This document shows positions 21,020 to 30,429 of a DNA stretch of 64,000 nt, piece by piece. The notes under the pieces were generated by a model. It saw only the letters and a list, made by a program, of their open reading frames with translations, ran no database searches and was not told where the DNA came from. The position numbers were made by a program, and so were the translations under genes. How positions within the stretch are numbered: position 1 is the stretch's first letter; the number at the start of each line of letters is the position of its first letter. The DNA comes from an uncultured Clostridia bacterium (lineage in GTDB: Bacteria > Bacillota > Clostridia > Christensenellales > DTU072), in NCBI GenBank assembly GCA_944349735.1, contig CALVNM010000002.1, forward strand, positions 242-64,241, written 5' to 3'.

Positions 21020-22375
21020 ATGAAAATACTTTTTATAAACGGGAGTCCCAAAGGAGACCGCAGCGTTACTCTTTGTACCGCCAGGCATCTCGAGAAGCGT
21101 TACCCTGCTCACGAATATTCGGTGCTGAATGCGGGAGCGCGCATTAAGGCTCTCGAAAAAGATTTTTCGGAAGCCGAGAGCGCGATAAACGCAGCGGAAG
21201 TAGTCATATTCGTATATCCCGTGTATACGTTCATAGCCCCCTATCAGCTGCACCGATTCTTCGAATTGCTTAAAGCTTCCGAAGCATCGTGCAAGGGAAA
21301 ATATTTCGCGGAGATAACCACGTCAAAGCACTTCTACGACGTGACCGCCTTGAAATACGTGGAGGAAAACGCATGCGATCTCGGCATGCGTTACGTAGGC
21401 GCGCTAAGCGCAGACATGGACGATCTGCGCTCGGAAAAGGGCAGGCATGAAGCGGATTCTTTCTTCGAAAGACTGATGTTCGACATAGAGAACGGGCATT
21501 ACAAAGAGGCTGAAGCGCTCTGCGCACGCACGGATAGCGAGGTATACGCGCAGCAATTGCCTTATAAGAAAAAAACCGGCGGCAAAGAAGTCGCGGTAGT
21601 AACTAACGCCGCTACAGACGACATAAATCTCAGGAACATGATCGAAGATTTCTCCGCCGCGTGCAAATACCGAGTGCGTGTGGTTAACGTGCGCGATTTT
21701 CCTTTCAAGGGAGGCTGTCTCGGGTGTTTCAACTGCGCCGTCAGCGGTAAATGCGTATATAACGACGGATTCGAGGAGTTTTTGCGCAAAGACGTACAAA
21801 CCGCGGACGCAATAATATACGCCTTCACCGTATCCGACCATTACACGCACTCTTCCTTCAAGCTCTACGACGACAGGCAGTTCTGTAACGGACATCGTGC
21901 CGTTACGGCGGGTAAAGTTACCGGTTACATTATAAGCGGAAGGTATTCCGAGGAAGCCAATCTCAGAATGATCACGGAAGCCCGGGCGGACGTATCCGGA
22001 ATGTATTTCGCCGGAGTGGCGGGAGACGAAGGCGACACGGCCAAGGAGCTGGAAGGGCTTGCGAAAACGGTATGCTTTGCGCTGGACAACGGGCTTAGCG
22101 CGCCTAAAAGCTTCTACGGAGTCGGCGGAACCAAGATATTCCGCGACCTCGTGTATCTCATGCAAGGCATCATGCAAGCGGATCATAAATTCTATAAAGC
22201 GCACGGCATATACGATTTCCCGCAGAAAAAGCGCGGTATGATATTTGCAATGAAAGCCCTCGGACTTTTGATGCGTTCGGAAGCGGTACAGAAGAAGATG
22301 AAAGGCGAAATGACCAAATACATGCTGCTTCCCTACGAAAAAGTCATCGAAAAGACCGTCCCGAAAGAAAATTAA
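21020..22375 (+). CDS. two-domain flavodoxin-fold NAD(P)H-dependent oxidoreductase; second half is iron-sulfur-flavoprotein-like
   Basis: ATG 21020 (MKILFINGSPKG...) is preceded by GGAAGGGG; the track start is GTG 21014. The second domain carries a compact Cys cluster GGCLGCFNCAVSGKC (CX2CX2CX5C). Confidence 0.8.
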   Translation: MKILFINGSPKGDRSVTLCTARHLEKRYPAHEYSVLNAGARIKALEKDFSEAESAINAAEVVIFVYPVYTFIAPYQLHRFFELLKASEASCKGKYFAEITTSKHFYDVTALKYVEENACDLGMRYVGALSADMDDLRSEKGRHEADSFFERLMFDIENGHYKEAEALCARTDSEVYAQQLPYKKKTGGKEVAVVTNAATDDINLRNMIEDFSAACKYRVRVVNVRDFPFKGGCLGCFNCAVSGKCVYNDGFEEFLRKDVQTADAIIYAFTVSDHYTHSSFKLYDDRQFCNGHRAVTAGKVTGYIISGRYSEEANLRMITEARADVSGMYFAGVAGDEGDTAKELEGLAKTVCFALDNGLSAPKSFYGVGGTKIFRDLVYLMQGIMQADHKFYKAHGIYDFPQKKRGMIFAMKALGLLMRSEAVQKKMKGEMTKYMLLPYEKVIEKTVPKEN

Positions 22376-22386
22376 GAGTTAATCGA

Positions 22387-22424
22387 TAAAAAACCCGACC
22401 TCGGCGAGGTCGGGTTACGTTTAT
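22387..22424. terminator. bidirectional rho-independent terminator between convergent genes
   Basis: Stem AACCCGACCTC-ggc-GAGGTCGGGTT, flanked by an A run on the left and a T-rich stretch on the right. Confidence 0.8.
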
Positions 22425-22435
22425 GTTACGCTATT

Positions 22436-23752
22436 TTACGCTTCGGCGCCCGTTGCTTCTTCTTTCGTTTCGGATGTCGGTTCCTCTGCGTCGGACGCGG
22501 GAGCCACTACTTCGGTAACGGCGATTTCCGGTACGAGCGCGCGTTGATCGGCTATCTTCTTGATGACCTTATATATAACGTTGAGACCCGTTTCGAAAGT
22601 GCTTACGTCGATGCGGTCGGAGACGTCTTTATATGTATGATAGTATTCGGTGGAGACGGGATTCTGTGCCGCGAACGTGGTGGTCGGAACGCCTATCTTG
22701 CAGAACGGCGTACTGTCGCAGCCGCCTACGGGATTAACTATGGTGTGAGGCTCTTCTCCGCTCTCCCTGATGGCTTCGCAGGTCATGTCGATGAGTTTTT
22801 TATCGAACTTGGTGCCCTGCCACGGATCGCCTTTGACCGCCTCGAAGTGTCCGGGATCGGCCACGGAATCGACGTTGAAAACATAGGAATTGTTGACGTC
22901 TATCTCGTTCTTATGCGCTTTGACGTAAGCGAAACTTCCTTTGAGACCCGCTTCTTCGCTCGCGAATCCTATGTTTACGAGCTTCATTCCTTCGGGCATG
23001 TCTTCGGGATGCTCTTTGAAGTACTTGACTATCATCATATTGAGCGCGATACCGCTCAGATTATCCATTGCGCCGGGGCTGCCGACGGTCTTATCCTGAG
23101 TAAGGTACTGCGTGAGGAAGAAAAATCCGGGCAAAAACGCTAGAGGAATTATATATAAAGATATATTCCACGCCGTGTAATCTTCGAACGCCATGTTGTA
23201 CATGCAAAGTCTGAGTATAGACAATATCATGAGTACTATGACGCCGAAAACGCCGTAACCGGTCTTGATAAGCGCAGTATTGGGATTGCGCGCGGCGAGC
23301 TTCCAGCACCAGCTGCTGTCGTAATGCGCGCCGAGATATACGGTATATTCGGTCTCGCCTTTGGCGGGTTCCAGCTCCGTAACGATATTCTCGGCAGTCT
23401 CGTGTTTGAACGCGAAGTCCCACATTCCCGTGTATCTAACTATCTGCGTAAGAGTAAACACGAGCAGTCCGAAACAGCCCAGCATCGCTATTATCGTGCC
23501 GCCGATACCGCCTATGTAATAAACAAGGAACATTATGAGCGCCACCCAGCCGAGCTTATTGATGGCTCCGATACTGGCATTGGGAGCGTAGGTGAACTTC
23601 TCTGTGTGCGGAGTAAGTCCCGTACGCTTCACTATTTCGCCCTGTATCTTCTTACAAGCGGCTTTTTCCTCATCCGTACCGGGCAATCTTGCGCCGTCGG
23701 CTTCGATGAGCTTGACGAATTCCATTGCTTCATCTGCGTATTTCTTAAACAT
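22436..23752 (-). CDS. M28-family zinc peptidase interrupted by hydrophobic (TM-like) segments
   Basis: 438 aa. M28 ligand motifs appear in order: LGAHYDSS, GAMDNLSG, ASEEAGLKGS, FNVDSV, YYHTYKD. Four strongly hydrophobic ~20-aa stretches are inserted in two pairs. Acidic C-terminal tail. Confidence 0.8.
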   Translation of the reverse strand: MFKKYADEAMEFVKLIEADGARLPGTDEEKAACKKIQGEIVKRTGLTPHTEKFTYAPNASIGAINKLGWVALIMFLVYYIGGIGGTIIAMLGCFGLLVFTLTQIVRYTGMWDFAFKHETAENIVTELEPAKGETEYTVYLGAHYDSSWCWKLAARNPNTALIKTGYGVFGVIVLMILSILRLCMYNMAFEDYTAWNISLYIIPLAFLPGFFFLTQYLTQDKTVGSPGAMDNLSGIALNMMIVKYFKEHPEDMPEGMKLVNIGFASEEAGLKGSFAYVKAHKNEIDVNNSYVFNVDSVADPGHFEAVKGDPWQGTKFDKKLIDMTCEAIRESGEEPHTIVNPVGGCDSTPFCKIGVPTTTFAAQNPVSTEYYHTYKDVSDRIDVSTFETGLNVIYKVIKKIADQRALVPEIAVTEVVAPASDAEEPTSETKEEATGAEA

Positions 23753-23794
23753 ACAAACCTCCTCGGTTACGATTATTGACTGATCTGAGTCCCC

Positions 23795-25033
23795 TTACTC
23801 TACGGGGAGACCTTTAAGCTTACGGTAGCTTTCTTCTACGAGAATATTGAACTTCGCCGAATACCGTACGTCGCGGAAATAAAATCTGTTGATCTGCGTA
23901 CCCACCGTGAGATCGATAGCTTCGTAATTTTTATGGACTATGGTGGGTTGCTTGGCAAGCGGTATCTCGATAACGACGTCTTCGTCGGTAGCATATCTTT
24001 TGCCGCTGAAGCCTATTACCTCTTTGTTTATATAGAAATCTCCTTCTCCGACGTCGCGGTAGGTATTCGTATCGTCCTCTTCCGCCCATGTGACCGGATA
24101 ACGAAGTTCGAAGTCATCGGCGGCGATCTCTTCACGCGCGCTTTCGCGCTCGTACTCGTACCAAAGGTCGATCCTGTCGAATCCGACGGAACCCTCCGAC
24201 GGTATCATTTCACCATACTCGGTGTATTCAACGGTATTACCGCACTTTTCGCAGACGAGGTGGCGCGCTGTCGATATCATCTCGTATTCCGTTCCGCACT
24301 TCGGGCACTTGTAAAGTATGTAATGGAGACCCGAAGCGGGATCTTTACATTTATAACGCAAATGATTTTCGCGCTGATACACGTTGTCGTTGAAGGTGAA
24401 TTTACTTTTAAGAACGGCGTATATTTCTTCCGTGGAGAGCGATTTCAATTCCTCTCGCGTGAACAGCAATTCGCTCTTGTTAGTCACAAGCCCTTTCTTG
24501 AAACCGGAATACCACCTCGGACGCGAACAGTATCCGCCGTAGTTGTGGCAGAATACGACGTCGGCGTCGAGGAGCCTGAGAAGTTTGGCTAGGCTTTCGG
24601 GAAGATAGTATAAATTCTTGCCGTCCAAAGTAAACTTACCCTCGGGGAAAAGCGATAGAGAGCAACCCGCTTCGACCGCTCTCTTCATCGTGCGTATCGA
24701 GCCTAAATCCATCTCGAACTGATTGATGGGTATAAGCCCGGCGGCTTTCTGAATCGGCTTGATTTTTGACCAGGTGAAAACGTCTCTGCCGCATACGATG
24801 TTGAGTCTAACCGGCTTCATGGCAAGCATCATCATCGCCACGTCCATTATACAGGTGTGCGTGCCTATCACCACGAAAGGTCCCTTGCGCTCTTTGATAC
24901 GCTCGTCCCTAACGAATCTCGCCTTAATAAGTATATGCGACAAAAGCTGTACGAGCGGAACCAGTATCCAGTACAGGAAGCCCGAAGGTCTGCGCGGCGT
25001 GAATTTGATCTCTTGTTTTTCCGTCTTATCCAT
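23795..25033 (-). CDS. PlsC-type (lysophospholipid) acyltransferase with a C-terminal zinc-ribbon-containing domain
   Basis: 412 aa. HX4D block GTHTCIMD, FPEG block LFPEGKF, then CPKCGTEYEM...CEKCGN. Confidence 0.8.
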   Translation of the reverse strand: MDKTEKQEIKFTPRRPSGFLYWILVPLVQLLSHILIKARFVRDERIKERKGPFVVIGTHTCIMDVAMMMLAMKPVRLNIVCGRDVFTWSKIKPIQKAAGLIPINQFEMDLGSIRTMKRAVEAGCSLSLFPEGKFTLDGKNLYYLPESLAKLLRLLDADVVFCHNYGGYCSRPRWYSGFKKGLVTNKSELLFTREELKSLSTEEIYAVLKSKFTFNDNVYQRENHLRYKCKDPASGLHYILYKCPKCGTEYEMISTARHLVCEKCGNTVEYTEYGEMIPSEGSVGFDRIDLWYEYERESAREEIAADDFELRYPVTWAEEDDTNTYRDVGEGDFYINKEVIGFSGKRYATDEDVVIEIPLAKQPTIVHKNYEAIDLTVGTQINRFYFRDVRYSAKFNILVEESYRKLKGLPVE

Positions 25034-25036
25034 AGT

Positions 25037-26152
25037 TTATTTGAGGTTTTCGGGGTTGAGACAGTCAAGCTCCTCGAGCACGAACCTGCCGTCCTTGCGG
25101 ATCAGCACGTCGTCGAAGTATATTTCTCCGCCGCCGTATTCGGGAGTGTGTATCTGCACGAGATCCCAGTGGATCGCGCTTTTGTTACCGTTATAGCAGT
25201 CGTCGTAACACGCTCCGGGCGTGAAGTGTATGGAACCGGAGATCTTCTCGTCGAAAAGTATGTCTCCCATCGGTTTCACGATATACGGGTTTACTCCGAG
25301 AGCGAATTCGCCTACGTAACGCGCGCCTTCGTCGGTATCGAATATCTTGGTCGCGGCTTCGGTATTATTGGCGGAAATGCCTACGATCTTACCGTTACGG
25401 AATTCGAGACGTACGTCTTTGAATTCTATGCCGTTCTCTATACTGGGCGCGTTGTAGTGTATATATCCGTTCACGGAATCCCTTACGGGCGCGGAATAAA
25501 TTTCGCCGTCGGGAATGTTCCTAAGTCCCGCGCATTTCTCGGAGCCTATACCTTTTATACTGAACGTAAGATCGGTATCCTCCGCCTTGATACGCACCTT
25601 ATCGGTTCTGTTGAGGAGAGCTTGGAGAGAATCCATCGCCCTGTCCATCTTGGCGTAATCGAGGGTGCATACGTCGAAATAGAAGTTTTCGAACGCCGAA
25701 GTGCTCATTCTCGCCTGCTCCGCCATTCCCTCGGTAGGATAACGCAAAATTACCCATTTGGTCTTGGCGACGCGGAGATTATGATGTACGGGATGAGCGT
25801 AATCGCGGTCGTATATCTGCATGCGCGCGCCGTCCACGTCGGAAAGTTCGTAGCAGTTGTTGCCGCCGCGTATCCCTATATACGCGCTCATTTCCGCCAT
25901 ACGCGCCGCGTCGTACTTCGCCATTGCTTTCGCAAGTTCCTCCGTCATACCCATGCGCAGAGCGCGCGATACACGCATGTCTTCCATGGACACGAAAGGA
26001 AGCCCGCCCGCTTTATACACTTCTTCCACTATAGCCGTTACGAGCTGATAGTCGATACCTCTTGCTTCTATCAGTATCTTTTCGCCTTTCTTGAGATCGC
26101 AGGAGTAATTTACGAGTACGTCTGCCAGCTTTCTGATTCTCGGATCGGTCAT
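25037..26152 (-). CDS. M29-family (AmpS/PepS-type) aminopeptidase
   Basis: 371 aa, MTDPRIRKLADVLVNYSCDLKKGEKILIEA... and ...GEFALGVNP...HFTPG..., typical of thermophilic-metalloprotease M29. Confidence 0.85.
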   Translation of the reverse strand: MTDPRIRKLADVLVNYSCDLKKGEKILIEARGIDYQLVTAIVEEVYKAGGLPFVSMEDMRVSRALRMGMTEELAKAMAKYDAARMAEMSAYIGIRGGNNCYELSDVDGARMQIYDRDYAHPVHHNLRVAKTKWVILRYPTEGMAEQARMSTSAFENFYFDVCTLDYAKMDRAMDSLQALLNRTDKVRIKAEDTDLTFSIKGIGSEKCAGLRNIPDGEIYSAPVRDSVNGYIHYNAPSIENGIEFKDVRLEFRNGKIVGISANNTEAATKIFDTDEGARYVGEFALGVNPYIVKPMGDILFDEKISGSIHFTPGACYDDCYNGNKSAIHWDLVQIHTPEYGGGEIYFDDVLIRKDGRFVLEELDCLNPENLK

Positions 26153-26154
26153 GA

Positions 26155-26664
26155 TTAAGATTTCTTCCTTTCCCTCTTGACGGGGTAAACGAGATTTTCC
26201 TTCTTCGGATTAATTATCACGTTGTAATACATAGTTGCGTCCACGCGCGCCTCCGCAAGATCCATATCCATACAATACCCGCATTCTTTGGGCGTGGCTC
26301 CGGGAATTTCTCCGTCGTACTCCGATATAAAGTCGAAGGTGCGCTCGAGAAGGGGCAGAATATCCTGCGGAACGAGATCTCCCGCCATTATGAGATAAAA
26401 TCCCGTTCTGCATCCCATAGGTCCGACATAAATGACTCTGTCGCCCCAGAGCGGGTCGGAACGGAGATATGTCGCAAGCAGATGTTCCAGAGCATGCACG
26501 GAGCCGGTGGTCATCACTTCGTCGTGATAAGGTCTTTTCATCCTTATGTCGAAAGTGGTGAGTACCCCCGAACCCATTATATCCTTACGCGAAACAAATA
26601 AACCGCATTTAAGTTTGGTGTGGTCGAATTTGAAACTCGGTACGTTACTAACGTCCATTTCCAT
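26155..26664 (-). CDS. luxS: S-ribosylhomocysteine lyase
   Basis: 169 aa, ...SFKFDHTKL..., metal motif HALEHL, and GPMGCRTGFYL. Confidence 0.93.
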   Translation of the reverse strand: MEMDVSNVPSFKFDHTKLKCGLFVSRKDIMGSGVLTTFDIRMKRPYHDEVMTTGSVHALEHLLATYLRSDPLWGDRVIYVGPMGCRTGFYLIMAGDLVPQDILPLLERTFDFISEYDGEIPGATPKECGYCMDMDLAEARVDATMYYNVIINPKKENLVYPVKRERKKS

Positions 26665-26704
26665 AAATAATACAGTCTCCTGAAATTAAATTCGTTATAC
26701 GGAA

Positions 26705-27685
26705 TTATTGTACTACATTTTTATCTTTATTACAAGCATTTGTTTGAGTGTCCCCCACCATCAGGCAAGCAAGATTGGCGAGCGCTTTTACGAAAGGCAA
26801 CAAAATTATCGTTGTAACAAGATTGAACGCTATATGGAAATACGCGATTATCACGGAAGGACTGAACATACTTATCGCATTCACGGTCCTTTCGCCGAAA
26901 ATAATTACGAACGGAAGAAACAGTATCACCCCTATCGCGTTGAAAAGGAGATGTATCATAGCCGTCCTCCTTGCGTTTACGGAGCCGCCTATCGCAGCGA
27001 GCATGGCAGTTGCGCAGGAGCCGACGTTGCTACCCATGATGATATAGAAAGTTGCGGTAACGGGCATTATACCGAGCTGTGCGAGTGTAATGACTATACC
27101 CGTGACTGCGGAGGAACTCTGTATGACCGCAGTGAAAGCGACTCCTATTATAAGAAGCAGCAGCGGTGAAGTCATACCCGAAAAAAGGTTCAGAAAAACT
27201 TCGTTGGATTTCAGGTTGAACGCGCCCGCTTTGATTATTTCAAGTCCTATGAATATGAGTCCCACGCTGGTCATTATCCAGCCGGCAGTCCTTACGCGCG
27301 AGCGCTTCGCCGCCATGACCGTCATCATGCCGACGAATGTAAGAAACGCGAAAAACTCTGATATAGGGAGATAATTCAAAGATATGATCAGCGCCGTAAA
27401 AGTCGTGCCGATATTCGCGCCCATTATAATGCACGTCGCCTGGAAAAGACTTACTATGCCCGAATTGACAAGTCCGAGGAGAATGACGGTCGTGGCAGAC
27501 GAGCTTTGAAGTACCGCCGCGGAGCCTACGCCTATGCCTACGCCCGCAAGCTTATGATCGGACAACTTGGAAAAAAGTTTCTCTACCCTGCCGCCGGCGA
27601 CGGCTTCGAGATTTACCGAGCAAAGTTTCATGCCCGTGAGGAAGGCGCCTATCCCGGCAAACATCATGAGAACGTCGGACAACAT
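26705..27685 (-). CDS. Na/Pi-cotransporter-family membrane protein (short form, no PhoU domain)
   Basis: 326 aa polytopic protein, ...FAGIGAFLTGMKLCS..., with the duplicated motif ...LQSSSATTVILLGLV... / ...IQSSSAVTGIVITL.... Confidence 0.85.
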   Translation of the reverse strand: MLSDVLMMFAGIGAFLTGMKLCSVNLEAVAGGRVEKLFSKLSDHKLAGVGIGVGSAAVLQSSSATTVILLGLVNSGIVSLFQATCIIMGANIGTTFTALIISLNYLPISEFFAFLTFVGMMTVMAAKRSRVRTAGWIMTSVGLIFIGLEIIKAGAFNLKSNEVFLNLFSGMTSPLLLLIIGVAFTAVIQSSSAVTGIVITLAQLGIMPVTATFYIIMGSNVGSCATAMLAAIGGSVNARRTAMIHLLFNAIGVILFLPFVIIFGERTVNAISMFSPSVIIAYFHIAFNLVTTIILLPFVKALANLACLMVGDTQTNACNKDKNVVQ

Positions 27686-27722
27686 ACCTAATTATATTCC
27701 GTACGGCGCGCGTTATGCTTTT

Positions 27723-27755
27723 GAGAAAAAATACGCCCCGCCGTTTCGGCGGGGC
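27723..27755 (-). terminator. rho-independent terminator closing the giant-lipoprotein operon
   Basis: Stem GCCCCGCC-gtttc-GGCGGGGC (27735..27755), followed on the minus strand by TATTTTTTCTC. It lies ~30 nt after the stop at 27784. Confidence 0.85.
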
Positions 27756-27783
27756 TGAATTCGTTTCGTAACTACGTTACCGA

Positions 27784-30381
27784 TCATTTCTCCATTCTGT
27801 AACAAGGATACAGACGGATGTCGTAGTCGATCTCTTCGTCCAGGATGACGGGATAGAGGAAGTTCTCGTCCACGTACCAACCGATGAACGTATAGGTGTA
27901 TTCGGTGGAATTCTTCGTTACCTTCAGCGTATTCACGTTCGAGGAGCTGGACACTTTTATGGCGGAATCGGTGTAAGTAGGCACGTTCATCCAGTTTGCG
28001 GACTCGCTTGTCGCGTTGTAGTTGGTGCGGCATACGGACCCGATCTCTTCGTCGCTCATCACGTTCTCGGTGGAGGACACTACATAATTCGTAACACCGT
28101 ACCACTTGCCGGCGACCGCGTCTTTACTGGTCGAGCCGGACGCTCCGTTAGTAAACTTGTTGGAATCCTTCACGTCGGCAGCCGAGAGCATATAGAAAGT
28201 AACTTCTATCTGACCGTACATGTAACGGAGCACGATTTCGTGGTTGTCGAGGAGACGCGACAACGCCCAGTTGGTATCGTATTCCTTGGAGCAGTTGATG
28301 TGACCGTTGTTGTCGAGGCAGTTATCGAAGTCGCCGCCGCAGGAATAAGTCTTCCTGATAAGAGTATCTTCGAAATATTCGTCTACATGTATATTGTTGT
28401 GATCTTCGGGTTTGTAGGACTCGTAATTTACTGCGAGAGTATCTTTGATATTGCTCTTCACGCCTTCCCAGTTAGCGCCGTCCGCGGTCGTTATCTGGCT
28501 CGTCACGTTGGTATAGCTGTAATTACTTACGAGGTTCTGATACTTCGCGTAATTCCTGCCGCCGTCCTCTACGAGAGCCGCGTATGCGTTCTTCTGATAC
28601 ACTGGAGTGCTTGCCGCGCCGAGGAATTGGTCCTCGTCGGTACCGAGCGCTGCGAAGAAGCGGTCGATGTCTTTGTAATAAATGACTTCGCTCTTCTTGT
28701 TCGACTGTATGCCGCGCACGGAGTCTGCAGAATAGGACTTGATCTGATACTTGAGCGCCTTGGTGAGATCGGCATTGGTTATCGTAGCGTGGTTGATGGC
28801 GTAATCCTGGCTCTTGAGCTGTTCGAGTTCGAGACGGACTTTCTTGATCTTCTGATTGATGTTTTCCTGCTCGGTATCGGAAAGCTTGTTCCACTCGGTA
28901 TTCGCGGAGTTATAAGCAAGCGTTTTCTGGTTGCTTCCGGTGTACTCCCAGTTGACGTCGGAAAGCTTCAGCGTCGATTCGAATCCCATTTCGAGAGCCT
29001 GCTGCATCTCCTTGGTATAAGTGGTGACGCTGCTGCCGGTAGCGCTCATCGAGCCGTTGTAATAGCCGATGCCGCTCGAGAAACGGTTATTGTAACCGCC
29101 CACGTAGAGAGTTACGTCGTTCTCTTCCTGGAGAGCCTGGAAGTTCAACTGTTTCTCATAGTATTTCTGATAGCAGCTTATCGAATAACGGTATGCTTGC
29201 TCGTACTGTCTGCGATCGAAATCACGATAATCGAGCGCTTCGTTCTCGGAAGTGAAATAACTCTTATGGCTCAGTTTGAGGAAATATTCGTATTCGGTGA
29301 TCTCTTTACCGTTATAGGTCTTTTTCACGCTGTCGTCGAATACGTTGTAATCTCTATGTTTGTATTGATAGTGATAGCCGTACAGGGACATGGCGTTTGC
29401 TTTCTGTTCCGCCATATAGTTCGCGTTGAGAGACGTATATTCGCGGAAAGCGAGCAGATAACTCAAAGTCTCGTAATCGTACATTTCGTCGCGCATGTAG
29501 TTCTCGAGATCGCTGTCGCCGGTGATCTCGCCGTTAGCTTCTTCGTAAGCGGGAAGCATCACGGTCTCTACGATTTTGACGGCGTATCCGCACATGGTGA
29601 TGGCGGCTCTTGCGAACTGCGCCGCGTCGTCGCCGAAGATAGTGAATATCTCGCCGTAGACTTTGCGCTGTTTGAGGCTCAGCGCGTCATAAACGTCGTC
29701 CTCGGACTCAAACTTGGGTTTGGCATAGCTCGAATCATCTATATAAGCGTCGAAATCGTCGTATATCTCCTGAAGCTCCTCGAGCTGCGAGTAGTCCTCT
29801 ATCGCGCTGCTCTGTCCGATAGTAAAGGTATATCCGGTACCTTTCTCTCTGTCGGGATCTTCGCGCGCTATGTATTTGACTATGGCGTCGGTCTTATCTC
29901 TGTCGATAGCCGCTACCGAGAATCTCGCTATGATGTCGGCAGGCTCCGAATAGCAGAAAATACGCTCGACGGTGTTGGCAGACTCATCGGTCACCCAGTT
30001 GCCGCTGGCATCGAAATAACCTATATTTGACTGACGTTTCTCCTCGGTCTCGCCGTACGCCTTTGCCACCGGTCCGAAGGTATAATACTCGGTATTGTCC
30101 CAGGTGGTAACGTCGTCTATCCAGTACTCGCGTTCCTCGGTCTGCTTATCGGTAAGCTCTTTGTCCCAGTTCTTCTTATCGGTATCGGAATAATTGATAG
30201 CGTTGACCTCGTAATAACTCGGAGTGCCGTAGTCGACCATGTCGGGCAGTATTTTGATGTCAACGGCGGTCTTAGTATCGTCGGTATTGGTTGTTTTGTC
30301 TTTTTTACAGCTCACAAGGCCTAATACCGTTGAGCAGAGCAAAGCCAACACGACAATGAAAGCAAAAATTTTTCTTTTCAT
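27784..30381 (-). CDS. 865-aa lipoprotein of unknown function with a C-terminal Listeria-Bacteroides-type repeat
   Basis: Signal peptide plus lipobox: MKRKIFAFIVVLALLCSTVLGLVSC. The body is rich in Tyr/Asp/Glu/Asn and I recognise no family. The C terminus ...YTYTFIGWYVDENFLYPVILDEEIDYDIRLYPCY matches the Flg_new repeat pattern. Starts 48 nt downstream of the giant gene. Confidence 0.88.
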   Translation of the reverse strand: MKRKIFAFIVVLALLCSTVLGLVSCKKDKTTNTDDTKTAVDIKILPDMVDYGTPSYYEVNAINYSDTDKKNWDKELTDKQTEEREYWIDDVTTWDNTEYYTFGPVAKAYGETEEKRQSNIGYFDASGNWVTDESANTVERIFCYSEPADIIARFSVAAIDRDKTDAIVKYIAREDPDREKGTGYTFTIGQSSAIEDYSQLEELQEIYDDFDAYIDDSSYAKPKFESEDDVYDALSLKQRKVYGEIFTIFGDDAAQFARAAITMCGYAVKIVETVMLPAYEEANGEITGDSDLENYMRDEMYDYETLSYLLAFREYTSLNANYMAEQKANAMSLYGYHYQYKHRDYNVFDDSVKKTYNGKEITEYEYFLKLSHKSYFTSENEALDYRDFDRRQYEQAYRYSISCYQKYYEKQLNFQALQEENDVTLYVGGYNNRFSSGIGYYNGSMSATGSSVTTYTKEMQQALEMGFESTLKLSDVNWEYTGSNQKTLAYNSANTEWNKLSDTEQENINQKIKKVRLELEQLKSQDYAINHATITNADLTKALKYQIKSYSADSVRGIQSNKKSEVIYYKDIDRFFAALGTDEDQFLGAASTPVYQKNAYAALVEDGGRNYAKYQNLVSNYSYTNVTSQITTADGANWEGVKSNIKDTLAVNYESYKPEDHNNIHVDEYFEDTLIRKTYSCGGDFDNCLDNNGHINCSKEYDTNWALSRLLDNHEIVLRYMYGQIEVTFYMLSAADVKDSNKFTNGASGSTSKDAVAGKWYGVTNYVVSSTENVMSDEEIGSVCRTNYNATSESANWMNVPTYTDSAIKVSSSSNVNTLKVTKNSTEYTYTFIGWYVDENFLYPVILDEEIDYDIRLYPCYRMEK

Positions 30382-30429
30382 AAGCTGTGTCTCCTGTTTG
30401 GGTTACTTACTTTTTATATGACACGGCGT

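Noticed and set aside
27686-27700. A TATAAT box 5 nt upstream of the Na/Pi transporter ATG; considered as a second leaderless-mRNA candidate.
   Set aside because: There is no acceptable -35 at 16-18 nt spacing, and the spacing to the ATG is short. The gene may instead be read from a different promoter. This is too weak to report as a feature.
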